Part shown: positions 52,076 through 64,000 of the stretch, piece after piece
Position numbering within the stretch: position 1 is the stretch's first letter
Layout: each line of letters begins with the position of its first letter
DNA from: Octopus sinensis
Lineage: Eukaryota
Assembly (NCBI RefSeq): GCF_006345805.1
Contig: NC_042998.1
Location: forward strand, 193,564,001-193,628,000
Length of the DNA: 64,000 nt
Direction of reading: 5' to 3'
Notes under the pieces: generated by a model
The model's database searches: none
Told to the model about the DNA's origin: nothing
The model's input: the letters and a program-made list of their open reading frames with translations, nothing else
Translations under genes and position numbers: made by a program

Positions 52076-52204
52076 CATGATCATACAAGACCCGCATTAG
52101 ACTTCTCACTCATCTAATTGTCAAACCGAGAATTTAACTACGGTCCTTCCATAGCTCTACATAGCCTTACTGCCACCTTGGGTCTTCTGGATACCTATAC
52201 TTTC

Positions 52205-52215
52205 ATTATATATAT

Positions 52216-52250
<35 letters not shown>

Positions 52251-52261
52251 TATATAATATA

Positions 52262-52292
<31 letters not shown>

Positions 52293-52381
52293 TATACATA
52301 TATATATACATATATATATATATACATATATATATACACACACATATATACATACATGCATACATACATACATACAGTACA

Positions 52382-52430
<49 letters not shown>

Positions 52431-52844
52431 CAGCTGTTTCTGGCATATCCCAGAAACTGTTGTAAGACTTTCAATGTTTACCAATAATAATACTGTACAG
52501 GACTTGAGATATTTGCCTTGCTTTAACGTTTGTTGTCCTCTTTAACAATTATATGTCCGTTATATCGGAAATCTGCAATGGCTCTATGACTACCATCTCG
52601 GCTACAATCTTAGAACTCTAGTAATCCGTTACGGCACTTACCTAGCGAACCTAGCCGTTTAGATCACCTGTGAAATAAACCCCCATACTTTGTGCTCACA
52701 CACACAGACAAACACAAACACACACAAACACACACATACATACATACATACATACATACATACATACATACATACATACATACATACATACATACATACA
52801 TACATACATGCATACATACATACATACATACATACATACATACA

Positions 52845-52910
<66 letters not shown>
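52205..52910. repeat. (TA)n/(CATA)n arrays (52205-52430 and 52690-52910)
   Basis: Direct reading of the sequence. Confidence 0.95.
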
Positions 52911-52911
<1 letters not shown>

Positions 52912-53409
52912 CTGATAGACAATTAAGCTCCTAAGCTCCTGTATTACTTAATGTCCTGCAAAGATAATTTAACATTATTACATTCATTACGCATAACTTG
53001 AACTTCCAGCTAATCTGAGAGAATTTTCGTTATAAAAAGCACAATCACTGAAATGATGAAAGGTTATATGCATGTATATATGTATATATGTATGTTATAT
53101 TATATTCATAGTATATCATGTAATATTATAATATAAGTAAATTATTGGATTGTCACTAGAACCTCTCTAATTAATTTATCTTTGTAATTGCATTATACCC
53201 ATATTTATATGGTATTCAACTGCCATACCAGTGAATTGGATGTTTAACACACCTCTTTGAAGGATCTCTCTTCCTCAGTTTGTTACTTACACACCCACAC
53301 GCACGCACACAACACACACACAACACACCACATACCAACACATAACACACACACACACACACACACACAATATATATTAGTATTATATATATATATATAA
53401 TATATATAT

Positions 53410-54025
53410 AGTCAATTCAAAACACACAGGAGAAGAAGAAAAAGTCAACAACGTGTGTACGTAATGCAAGCAAGTATTAATAAGACGCTCAGAGAAGGAA
53501 AAGAGTACAGTTGATGCCACACACACACCACACCACGCACACACGCACCACACGCACACATGCACCACAAGCACACATACCACAGGCACACACAGTTACC
53601 ACCACACGCACACACGTTACCATGCACACACACACGTAGTCACTGCCACACATGCTACCATACATACACACGCTACCACACACATACACTCAAACACACA
53701 CACATACGCTACCATATATACACATACATGCTACCACACACACATATACTGATCATTTTCATACTCTCTTGTCCCAGAAAGCACTTCATTCTCTCTACTT
53801 CCGGTCACTTCAAAAATGTAACCGCACGTTATTATTGGCGATTTTTCTTCCTCCTTCGTCTTGGACATTCCTATTGTTTCTATTTCCGAAGGAGAGCTAT
53901 GCTCGAAACGTAATACTACTATTCTTTTACTTCTCTGAGCGTCTTATTAATACATTGCTTGTATTAAGTCTACACGTTTGTTTGTTTTTCTTTTGCTTTT
54001 TCTCTGTGTTTTTTGAATTGACTAC
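53410..54025. mobile_element. Divergent inverted pair of Penelope-like termini around a CA-rich repeat
   Basis: 53410-53505 is the reverse complement of 53920-54025 (ttctctgagcgtcttattaatac..ttttgaattgacta). A degenerate hammerhead CCGAAGG-a-gagc/tat/gctc-GAA-ACGT-A lies at 53886-53912. Confidence 0.6.
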
Positions 54026-54209
54026 TGCATGCTCACACCACCCCCAACCCATCCCCTGCCCTTCCGACTGTTTTGGAGTACCTGATTCATAGACCTCTCT
54101 CCCTCTCTATTATTAGATTACGTCACCTTATTCATTCGGAAAATGCTGTTTCTGCACCTTTGTTTATGTATGTATGTTTGTATGTATGTAGTATGTACGT
54201 ATGTATGTA

Positions 54210-54264
<55 letters not shown>

Positions 54265-54269
54265 ATAAT

Positions 54270-54300
<31 letters not shown>

Positions 54301-54699
54301 TATATATTATATATATACATGTGTGTGTGAACATGTGTGTATATGCTGATGTATGCGTACGTGTGTGTGTAAACATCGCACGCTATCTAGGATACATGCA
54401 TTAACAAATAAACCGAGCAACACTTCGATAGAGACTCCTCTCTTGTTGCACCGTAATTAATTACGTACACTCAGATACGACTTGAAAATTAAAATCTTGC
54501 AGAAACGAATTTCTAAATTGTAAATAGCTTTAAATGTAATCAGAACTAAAATTTGTTGAAATTTCTAGAATATATCGACGTGTATTTAAAATGAAATGCA
54601 AATTGACAGCTACGAAATTCTGACGTAAAAGACAAGGTCATTTAATATATGAGAGACCTGTTTCGAATGTGAAATGGATAGAGTCAATCAAATAAGAGT

Positions 54700-55850
54700 A
54701 ATATCTAAAATGTACCCAGTGAATGGGAATAAAAGCAGCATACGAAAAGTAAATCTGGTGTAACAACAAAGGCATAATTCAAGCAAACGACTTGCGCTAA
54801 GGTGTGTCCATAACTTTCACTTTTTTTTTCTACGAAGAAGCAAGTCATAAATTGTCTTAGTTATAGAATGTACCACAGATAATGTATTCAAAATCATCCG
54901 AAAGTAATAAAACAGAAATTTTCTAAAGCATTTTGAAGACACAGAGTTTGAAACGTTAAACCTTAATCTACATCAGCTGAAACAAGGATTAACATTCACA
55001 GTTGGAAAGAAAAATGCAAATAAACATTTTGTAAACGCAAAATACTAAGTAGACTGCTTGACAGTGATCTTAAATAGCGTCAGCGTAAAACGAAGCTATT
55101 TGTATAAAAGACACCCTTCAGAAGAACAAGTTGCAAGCTACCTGGTGTAAACAAGGTGTGATAATTTAATAAGATAGTTGCATGGATGGAATAAATAGAG
55201 CCGAGCTGTTTGCAAACATGTTGAAGGTGAACAATATCAGATTAACAGCACAGTACTGGAGATGTTAGTAAGAAAGATGAAAGTAAGAAGGAGTTTATTC
55301 CAAGACCCAGATATTTTTATCACTTTCTATCGCTGAAATTTGGTTTCACTTTATGAGAGCATGAAAGATACTGCTCTTGATCAGCGTATTCCCAAAAGTA
55401 GCTAAATTATTCAGACTAAAAAAATACTGCTCAGTAGCTTATTGAAACATTGTAAATAAGATATATACTCGGTGCCTCTAACGGTTCTTAAAAGACCGAT
55501 GTACATCCGCCAACATTATATAAGCTGGAGGAAGTAACGTAATATAGCTAAGTGTAACTACTAATCAACTAAATTATATAAGAAGAACCATTAAAGAATT
55601 CAAGTACATAACTAATTTGGTTGGACTATCAGAGATGATAGCATACCTTATAGGAGCATCATCAAAGCTTTAAAAGCAGCAACCAAATTTCTGTCAATAT
55701 TGAAAAATGAGAGGACACATTATGTAATATAATGCTTTATTCAACTTCAAAAGACCGTATGGTTATAGATGAAACACTTAGATCATAAACAACAGCCATA
55801 TACGAGAAAACAATGAAAATCTTCTTAGAGTGGTCGAATGGTTACGTAAA
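54700..55850 (+). mobile_element. Possible highly decayed L1/Tx1-like ORF1-endonuclease segment
   Basis: A-rich sense strand with faint similarity to a gag knuckle near 55330 and to an APE endonuclease start (NLVGLSE..YL) near 55610; many stops. Confidence 0.25.
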
Positions 55851-56577
55851 GAATGGTGTAAAGAATAAGGTTTTCTTTTTCTTTTGGATTATTGTTTTAG
55901 TGATTCTCCATTTGCTAGAAAACAAAACAGCCACATTTCTTCACATTCCTACACTACCGTCTTAGAAAAGAAAGCACTCATGGGACAATGCGGTCCTAGA
56001 CACACTACATATGAAACAAAAGATAGGAAAATGATGGCTGGAATTTCCTAGTTAAGAAAAAAAAATATGCACTCATAAATGCATCAAAAAGCTCAATAGC
56101 TATTTTTGCTTAAACTTGCGAGTACAAAATTAAAAGACATCATTAGAATAGCTAATGAACTTAAGATTCGAAAAGTCTTCCACAGATTCTTCATTTTAGT
56201 TTTCAGGAATGAACATGTATACGCAATCACGCATCTGAATATAGCATACATACACATACTAAAGAAACATATACACCCGTTATATTAGTACAAGTAAATC
56301 CATACATACACCTACATATAACCTTACATTAACTCACTCTAATATTCACAAAGTCTTTGAACTAGCTTGATTCAAACAAAAACGCTTTGTTACTTTGTTA
56401 GTGCCCGGCTTGAGTTCTGAAGTAAAACATATAAATCTCAAAAATAAATACATTCAAGATGCATACATACACACATAGACATGTATGTTTTACTGTATGC
56501 AGACATATGTACATTTTTGCATACATACATACACATGAATACACCCATGTATACACACACATATACGTATATACATA

Positions 56578-56638
<61 letters not shown>

Positions 56639-57199
56639 GCAAACACGCATAAATTCATATTACATACAAATGTTTAAATATACACGCATGTCACGCACAC
56701 TCATGCATACAAACTCATATAGATTCACACGCGCATACATACATACATACATACATACGTACAAACATACATGTATATTCACACATATAATCACAAATTT
56801 GCACACGCTAATTCATACACTTAACAATCGCTGGAACTAGCTGAGCAGTAACAAAGAAACCTTGTCACTTTGCTAAAATCGGTTTGAATTCTTCGAATAA
56901 AATAAATATCAAAGAAAGATATAGATACATGCATACATGCATTGTGAAAATATGTAAAACATTCCAGATGTTTAGTATGTAAGAGTGCACATACATGAGT
57001 AAAGGCAAACAGATATTCGCTTACGTACATTTGCTTATGTACAGTTATATAAGTAAAAACATACGCATTCTCTAATGCTATAATCATCTATAATTCACGC
57101 TTGTATTTATGTGCACAAAGTATGTCAATATATGTATGTGCATATATTTGCATGTGTACGTGCATGTATATATTCCTGTATTTCCATGCATGACTTCCC

Positions 57200-57290
57200 C
57201 GCTGATGTTGTTAAATTCCAATGAAAGAGCTTCGTTTCTAAGCTCTTTCTCGAATGCTGAGAAAATTCGAAAATAAGCTTGGTAAATCAT
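57200..57290 (+). mobile_element. Isolated 3' tail of LINE family A followed by (CATA)n
   Basis: gatgttgttaaattccaatgaaagagc..gctctttctc..gaaaataagc aligns with 8953-9045. Confidence 0.6.
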
Positions 57291-57396
57291 ACATACATAA
57301 GTATACACATACGTATATGTACATACAAACATACATGTATTCATGCATATATGTATGAATGCATAAATACATACATGTGTGTGTGTGGTGTGTGTG

Positions 57397-57427
<31 letters not shown>

Positions 57428-58296
57428 ATACATACAACTGATATGGAAGCGTAGAGGGCTGTTTAAGATATATTTTTGAACATTTCTAACCTATCTCAAC
57501 ATAAATATGTAATTGTTTTTCTTATTTTTTAATTTTTTTCAGAATTATGAATAATCGACAATTACCCCGATCTAATTTTGTCTAAATAAGTACTACTTTG
57601 TTTATTTTATTTTTTCACGTTTTGTTTTTTTTATTTTCGCCAATTATGATTAAGCGAAACACATTGAACATATTTAAACTATTTCACAAAAACACATTTT
57701 ATAGCTCAGGATTTCACTTTTCTGAAGCCTGGCTGATATTGATAAACATACTAATGCCGACATCAACAATGTTAACAGATATGTGAACTACTTCAGGTGA
57801 TGTAAATATTCTCAATTCACATTTTAAGTAAATTCTACTCTGTTTCTATCAAAGGATCTGTGAAAATCTATCTTTCGGTTACATAAAGTGGTTTATGAAT
57901 TACTATGAGAATGTTTACCAAAACTTAAGCCGTTTCACGGTTAAACAGCGTTATTGACATGCAGTTTCCGGTGCCTAAAAAATGGCTTTCACAAGCAGGA
58001 TTTTTTTCTTTTTTTTTTTTGCAAAACCATGTTAATCAACACACTGTGAAGACATCCAAAACCCAGTCAAAATCTACCGTAGAAAAGAACGATAAAAACT
58101 ACTGTCAACTCAACACCTTTCATATATCTCAGCATGAAACTGATCCGACAGAGATGATTATGGAATAATTATTGTTTAAATAAACATAAAATTACAGTTT
58201 TATTTTTCTTTCACTTTCTCTAAGCTATCATTAAAGAACACTTTTTTTTTTAATGAGTGATGTTAAAGAATGATGACTCTCATGTTAAAAGCTTAT

Positions 58297-58713
58297 AAGG
58301 CGGCGAGCTGACAGAACCGTTAGCACGCCGGGTGAAATACGTAGCCGTATTTCGTCTGCCGCAACGTTCTGAGTTCAAATTCCGCCGAGGTCGACTTTGC
58401 CTTTCATCCTTTTGGAGTCGATAAATTAAGAACTAGTTACGCACTGGGGTCGATGTAATCGACTTAATCCCTTTGTCTGACCTTGTTTGTCCTCTCTGTG
58501 TTTAGCCCCTTGTGGGTAGTAAAGAAATAGGTATTTCGTCTGCCGTTAAGTTCTGAGTTCAAATTCCGCCGAGGTCGACTTTGCCTTTCATCCTTTTGGG
58601 GTCGATAAATTAAGTACTAGTTACGCACTGGGTTCGATGTAATCGACTTAATTCGTTTGTCAGTCCTTGTTTGTCCTCTCTGCGTTTAGCCCTTTGTGGG
58701 TAATAAAGAAACA
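58297..58713 (+). mobile_element. tRNA-SINE family 2 dimer (184-bp internal repeat)
   Basis: 22-bp TSD gactctcat[g/a]ttaaaagcttat. Confidence 0.93.
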
Positions 58714-59006
58714 GACTCTCATATTAAAAGCTTATTTGACGTTATCACTGTAGACCATACAAAAACCGTTACTAATACCTATTGGACTCTCATTTCTAGG
58801 TGGTATATGACTCTAAAAGAACACCGTAAAATATCAGTTGTTAGCATTGCGATGAAATCGATCAGTATGAACAATCCAGAAAGGTAACAAAACCAAGAGA
58901 AACCATTAAGCGCTTGTGCCATAGAATCAGACATTTTATCACCATCATGAAGTGTAAGGTGAATAAGTTTACAGCAAGTCAATTACAGCCTCTGAAAAAT
59001 AAATAG

Positions 59007-59415
59007 GGATCTTTTCGGTTTGAACGGCAGTTTTTAACATAATTTCCAGGTAACTAAAAAAATTTAAACTTCGTATACTGGTAGAATGTGTTTATAAAAC
59101 ATCTTTTTCTCTTGGCTTTATTGATAAAATTCTATAGTTTGTAAGATATTTGTTTTTTTTTCTTTAATTTCTGCAATTTCAACCAATCAGTGACGTCTAT
59201 TGAGTTAAAAAACATTCTGTGCCGTATGAATATGTCCCTCGTTTAAGAAACAGATTAGGTTTATTTACATTTGTGAAGAAAATAAGATACCCTTCCCCCA
59301 CCCTTAACCCTAAAAGAGATTGAAATACAATAGATCGATTCTAGGGTCATAATTATGGGTGACAATTTCATATGACACCGCTTGAAAAAAACTGCCGTTC
59401 AAACCGAAAAGATCC
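59007..59415. mobile_element. MITE, same subfamily as 41927-42340
   Basis: Same TIR and internal sequence; flanks ataaatag/ctaaattg (6/8 match). Confidence 0.9.
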
Positions 59416-59619
59416 CTAAATTGATTAAAATATACAGACTGTACACTTCAACTGATAACTTCAAAACATGAACCCAAAAAATTGAGAGACAAACTTCAGT
59501 ATGATGGGGTGGGGTGGAAGTAAATCCACTTCAATGAACCACTACTAACCACAAGTTTTGATTCTAATCCTACAAGTGTTTGTCGGAGGGGGGGGGACAA
59601 TAGAATGTAGATAAAGAAA

Positions 59620-59950
59620 ATCCGCAGAAAATGCCGACGTGATACATGGTTATGTTGTCAGAAACACTCAGTGCCTGTAATACATGTAACCAAAAAAGTC
59701 TTTCTTGGAGCAACAACATGCAACCGAAAAGGTACAAATGTCATATTTCTCTGGAAGACAAACACATATTATTAGCAGCTGCCCCAAAATGTCATCAAAG
59801 TATAACCCCCCCCCCCTATACAGCACGACGTTGCCGTTCAGAAAAAAAAAAGACCTGGAATAAAATACAGGGAATCCCCCTATTATTGAATGCATACTCA
59901 AACATCAACTCGGGGAAGTTATCTATGGGCATTAGCTTCGAAATCCCCAG
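59620..59950 (+). mobile_element. Old R4-clade LINE family A fragment
   Basis: VIHGYVVRN..LEQQHATEK..THIISSCPKMSSKY aligns with HGYVSRK..IQEQEISTKY..THIINSCLKMSSLY of the 7.5-kb copy. Confidence 0.55.
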
Positions 59951-61489
59951 CTTCTATACCAGTTTATAAATTCACATTTATACCAATAATAATTGGTGCA
60001 TTTGGCTTGTGAGTAAATGCCTAAGTGACAATCTGAATAAGTTAAGATTTTTAGAAAAAGGGATCAACCAGCTAACTCGTATATTACAAATACAATTTGT
60101 AAGTAGAACAGTAAAAATATTCAAGCCTTTTTCCCGAGTTTAAAATGTAAATTTGCTTTTGTTGTCAACAGTCCAACAAGGTGGCTGTGTATCTTTGTTA
60201 GAAGCCAGCTTCTTTCTCAGAGGCAGATTTCAAATAATTAAGAACAGAAGAGAATACATACATACGCACACGTACATATATACATACATACATATTTATA
60301 CATACATATAAATACATATTTACATTCATGCAAGAATATCTACATACATATCACACACGCACACACACACGCATATACATACACACACACACCCACATAC
60401 ATGCATACATACATACATACATACATACACACACACACATACATACGTACATACATACATACATACATACATACATACATACATACATACATACATACAT
60501 ACATACATACATACATACCCAATAAGTACAGATATATAGTTTCGTAAAAAAAAAATAAAAAGCATGAATTTATCTTCCTAATTTTTATGTGATTCTAAAT
60601 TCGAAGGATAAACAAGTAATTCTGTCAGCCATGCATCCTTACAAAATATACTGAGTTGTAATTCATCATTTTTTTTATTACTATAGAACAAGCAACATCA
60701 GTATATATAACATATTCTCATAATTTCTATTTCAGAGATACCAACCTGAACTGAACGTGATTGTAAAATGACGTCTGGCCGCCTTCTGAATACATCAAAC
60801 CTCAGGAATTTCAATCAGGTTTGACACGAAGAACCTTATTTCTTAACCTGTGACACTGTAAATCAATTCATTCAAAACTGATTTGTTTTCCACTTAGGCA
60901 CAAAGCCAGATACAATTACAATGGAACAAAAGGACTGTTATGTTTATGCTTTTCTTGGTATGACTATAAATGAAATTTGTCGATTTTAACCAAGACACAA
61001 AACCGGTTAGACGAATAAATAATCATACCTGCACTAGATGCGGACATATTGACGTGGGCAATACTATTTTATTTCATCTAACCGAGATATTTAAAAGCTG
61101 AAAGTGAAAAACAACTCCTCAACTCCTCAAACAATTGGTACTATGATTTAACTTTAACCTACTGGTGGTCCGTTAAAAAGATATGTGTCTTTCCGAACTC
61201 CCAGCAGGACAACATTTTTCATGAAAGACAGAAATACGTTTTTTGAGGTAGTGTAGATTTATCATTAGCTTACTTCTCTTTTTTCATGTAACCTCTAGTA
61301 GCAAACACGACGGACAAGCTCAGTTACAAGTTGAACATTTAAATGATCTCGTTTCTTTGCACTGCGTTTTAATTTTGCGTGTTTAATGCAATTCTCTTCA
61401 AAATACATGAACGCATTGAATATAATTTTTCATCCATTATTCGCTATCAATCATAATTATTTCTCAACTTTCCACATGAATTTTTTTTC

Positions 61490-62990
61490 AAGAAAGTCTG
61501 ATTTAACGTAGTCCTTAAATGGATCATCACAAAGGATGGACGAGTTGATGAGTTCAGAGAGTGCCTCAAAGAATTCTATATCTGGTGACGAAAGCAAATC
61601 TTCATATTTCTGCCAAAGAGTTGCACTATACAGAAATGTTTCACTGTTCCAGTCTTCATGTATTGGGGGCAAGCTGACCGTGTCTCTTGGCCAAATTTAT
61701 TTACAGTTAACACAGAGGGCAAAAGTGTCAATATGCTAAATAATTATATGAAGGCGATGAGCTGGCAGAAACGTTAGCACGCCAGGCGAAATGCGTAGCA
61801 GTATTTCGTCTGCCGTTACGTTCTGAGTTCAAATTCCGCCGAGGTCGACCTTGCCTTTCATCCTTTCGGGGTCGATAAAGTACCAGTTACGCACTGGGGT
61901 CGATGTAATCGACTTAATCTGTTTATCTGTCCTTGTTTGTTCCCTTTGTGTTTAGCTCCTTGTGGGTAGTAAAGAAATAGGTATTTCGTCCGTCTTTACT
62001 TTCTGTGTTCAAATTTCACCGAGGTCGAATTTGCCTTTCATGCTTTCGGGGTAGATAAAGTAAGTACCAGTTACGCACTGGGGTCGATTTAATCGACTTA
62101 ATCCGTTTGTCTGTCCTTGTTTGTCCCCTCCGTGTTTAGCCCCTTGTGGGCAGTAAAGAAATAGGTATTTCGTCTGTCTTTACTTTCTGAGTTCAAATTT
62201 CACCGAGGTCAAATTTGCCTTTTATGCTTTCGGGGTCGATAAAATAAGTACCAGTCGAACACTGGGGTCGATGTAATCAACTTATATCCTCTCCTTAAAA
62301 ACGCTGGCTTAAGCCAAAATTAGAAATCAATATATATAGTTATAAGATAATCATTAACATATCTCAGGAAATATTATCGAGAGTTTGTCCCAGCCTCTCA
62401 CAGAATTATAGAAACCATACGGTTTCCATAATTTTATAACAATTTTTCTGGGTGTGTCATCCCAGATACCAAAAATGGCATTGCAGAGGATACTAAAGCC
62501 ACTAACGTTCATACCAGTTTGATTCAGATGGTATAAGTCGGTTTACAGTATTTCTGAGATTAAATATGATGCCACATAATTTCCAAGTATTTTCAATTTC
62601 TTGGGTGCCTCCTAAAGATCTGTAACTGAAAGCAAAAATGCCAATCACATTGCAATACTATTTGGATTCACCAATACTCTTCAACGATAGAAGTGATCGA
62701 AACTACCATAATAAAATTCTTATGTTTCATGTAATCGAAGCCAGAATTATGAATGGGTCTGTCCATACGATCAGATGTGCTATTTCAGTTCATCTGCCTT
62801 CAGCTTTGAATGGCACTACCATTTTATGACGATCGACAAGTCTCGGGGCCATTTTCTTGAGATTTTAAAAGTTAAACTGGCAAATCTATGTTTCACTCAT
62901 GATCAGTTCTGTGTTGCATGCCCTGGTGATGAGCCAAGTAGATATCTTATCGTCAGACCACCAAACCCCAGAACATAAAACGCTTAGCCC
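61490..62990 (+). mobile_element. Helitron Rep/Hel C-terminal (Pif1-family helicase) remnant, interrupted by a SINE trimer
   Basis: IITKDGRVDEFRECLKEFYIW, LSRVCPSLSQNYRNH, VPPKDL*LKAKMPITL..PILFND, KILMFHVIEARIMNG, FQFICLQL*MALPF.MTIDKSRG..CFTHDQFCVAC. These follow the order of the Pif1 motifs GDFRQ..DE..ACLK, GxPPHxLxLK, AMTINKSQG and CFSHGQLYVACSR. Confidence 0.8.
61752..62330 (+). mobile_element. tRNA-SINE family 2 trimer
   Basis: gtatttcgtc restarts at 61801, 61981 and 62165. Confidence 0.92.
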
Positions 62991-63346
62991 AGAACTCTTG
63001 ATGAATACAGCACAATGGCTTTAGAATCGCATTTGTTTTATGCGTTGCAAATCAATTTAAAATAACAAGAAATATATAAAGTAAAACAGTTACAGAATAT
63101 TTTCTTAAATTTCAAAATTAAAATTTTCAATGAATACAATCTCAGAATCTTGACACATTGTAAAAACTTGAAATAATTCAACTTTGCAAATATGTAACTA
63201 CATTACAATGAAAGATATATGTAAATACAATTGCTTGCGAAATGCACTAAATCAAATTCTCGCTACAAGTTACGTCATTTAACTTTGAAAAAAAGCACTT
63301 CGTGCGTGCAAGTGGGTGTGTGCATGTATATATATATATTATATAT

Positions 63347-63745
63347 AGGCACAGGAGTGACTGTGTGGCACGTAGCTTGCTTACGAACCACATGGTTCCG
63401 GGTTCAGTCCCACTGTGTGACACCTTGGACAAGTGTCTTCTACTGTAGCCTCAGGCCGACCAAAGCTTTGTGAGTGGATTTGGTAGACGGAAACTGGAAG
63501 AAGCCTGTCGTATATATGTTTATATATATGTGTGTGTGTGTATGTTTGTGCATCTGTGTTTGTCCCTCTAGCATTGCTTGACAACCGATGCTGGTGTGTT
63601 TACGTCCCCGTAACTTAGCGGTTCGGCAAAAGAACCGATAGAAAAGTACTAGGCTTACAAAGAATAAGTCCTGGGGTCGATTTGATTCGACTAAAGGCGG
63701 TGCTCTAGTCAAATGGCTGAAACAAGTATCAGAGTTAAAGAGAAT
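63347..63745 (+). mobile_element. tRNA-SINE family 1
   Basis: Head, central block and tail are all present. Confidence 0.92.
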
Positions 63746-63772
63746 GTATAAAGTAGTAATACACAAATGACA

Positions 63773-63968
63773 TCAAAATCAGCGACAGTTGTTTCGATAG
63801 AGCTTTATTCACTGTACTAATAAAAGATTACATAGCTACTAATAAGTACCTATGTCACTTGTTGACCGTTTGAATTAAACCTGATGATAGTGAAATTGCG
63901 TAATTCTGAGTAAGCTTTTATAACTACGTTGAATAAAGTTCTACCGAAACAGCTGTCTCTAATTTCAG
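63773..63968. repeat. Divergent inverted repeat of hammerhead 3' halves
   Basis: 63773-63835 (-) and 63905-63968 (+) share gaataaag[c/t]tcta[t/c]cgaaaca[a/g]ctgtc. Confidence 0.6.
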
Positions 63969-64000
63969 CGCCATTTGTGTGTTACTATTCCATACGCACG

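Noticed and set aside
60736-60818. Plus-strand exon-like segment (ttctatttcag ... cag|gtttga)
   Set aside because: The donor is weak, there are stops in all frames, and there is no supporting context.
61457-61672. Protein-like minus-strand ORF (LPPIHEDWNSETFLY...)
   Set aside because: It is antisense to recognisable Helitron helicase motifs and has no convincing splice signals.

Overview
This is AT-rich, repeat-dominated animal DNA. It is most likely an octopus (coleoid cephalopod) intron or intergenic region; that assignment rests on my recognition of the tRNA-derived SINE families and the extreme microsatellite load, not on a database search. No host gene can be called with confidence, and almost all entries in the ORF track are translations of microsatellites or antisense SINE sequence. 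The window contains four tRNA-SINE families (some multimeric or chimeric) and many 5'-truncated R4/Dong-type (restriction-like endonuclease) LINEs sitting in (AAT)n or (CATA)n repeats. It also holds a CR1-like LINE end, a decayed Penelope-like element (RT + GIY-YIG), a MULE, a maT/Tc1-mariner remnant, a Helitron helicase remnant, a Helitron-like short element, three related MITEs with 8-bp TSDs and a 47-copy 20-bp minisatellite. The most interesting signal is a set of about ten minimal type I hammerhead ribozyme motifs in Penelope-like termini, mostly next to (TA)n and often in inverted pairs. Several have non-canonical cores (a compensatory U3-A8 pair, or C at position 4), one looks fully intact (37981-38027), and one lies in a 279-bp TSD-flanked retrozyme-like insertion. 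All alignments and folds were done by eye, and element boundaries are approximate unless a TSD is cited.
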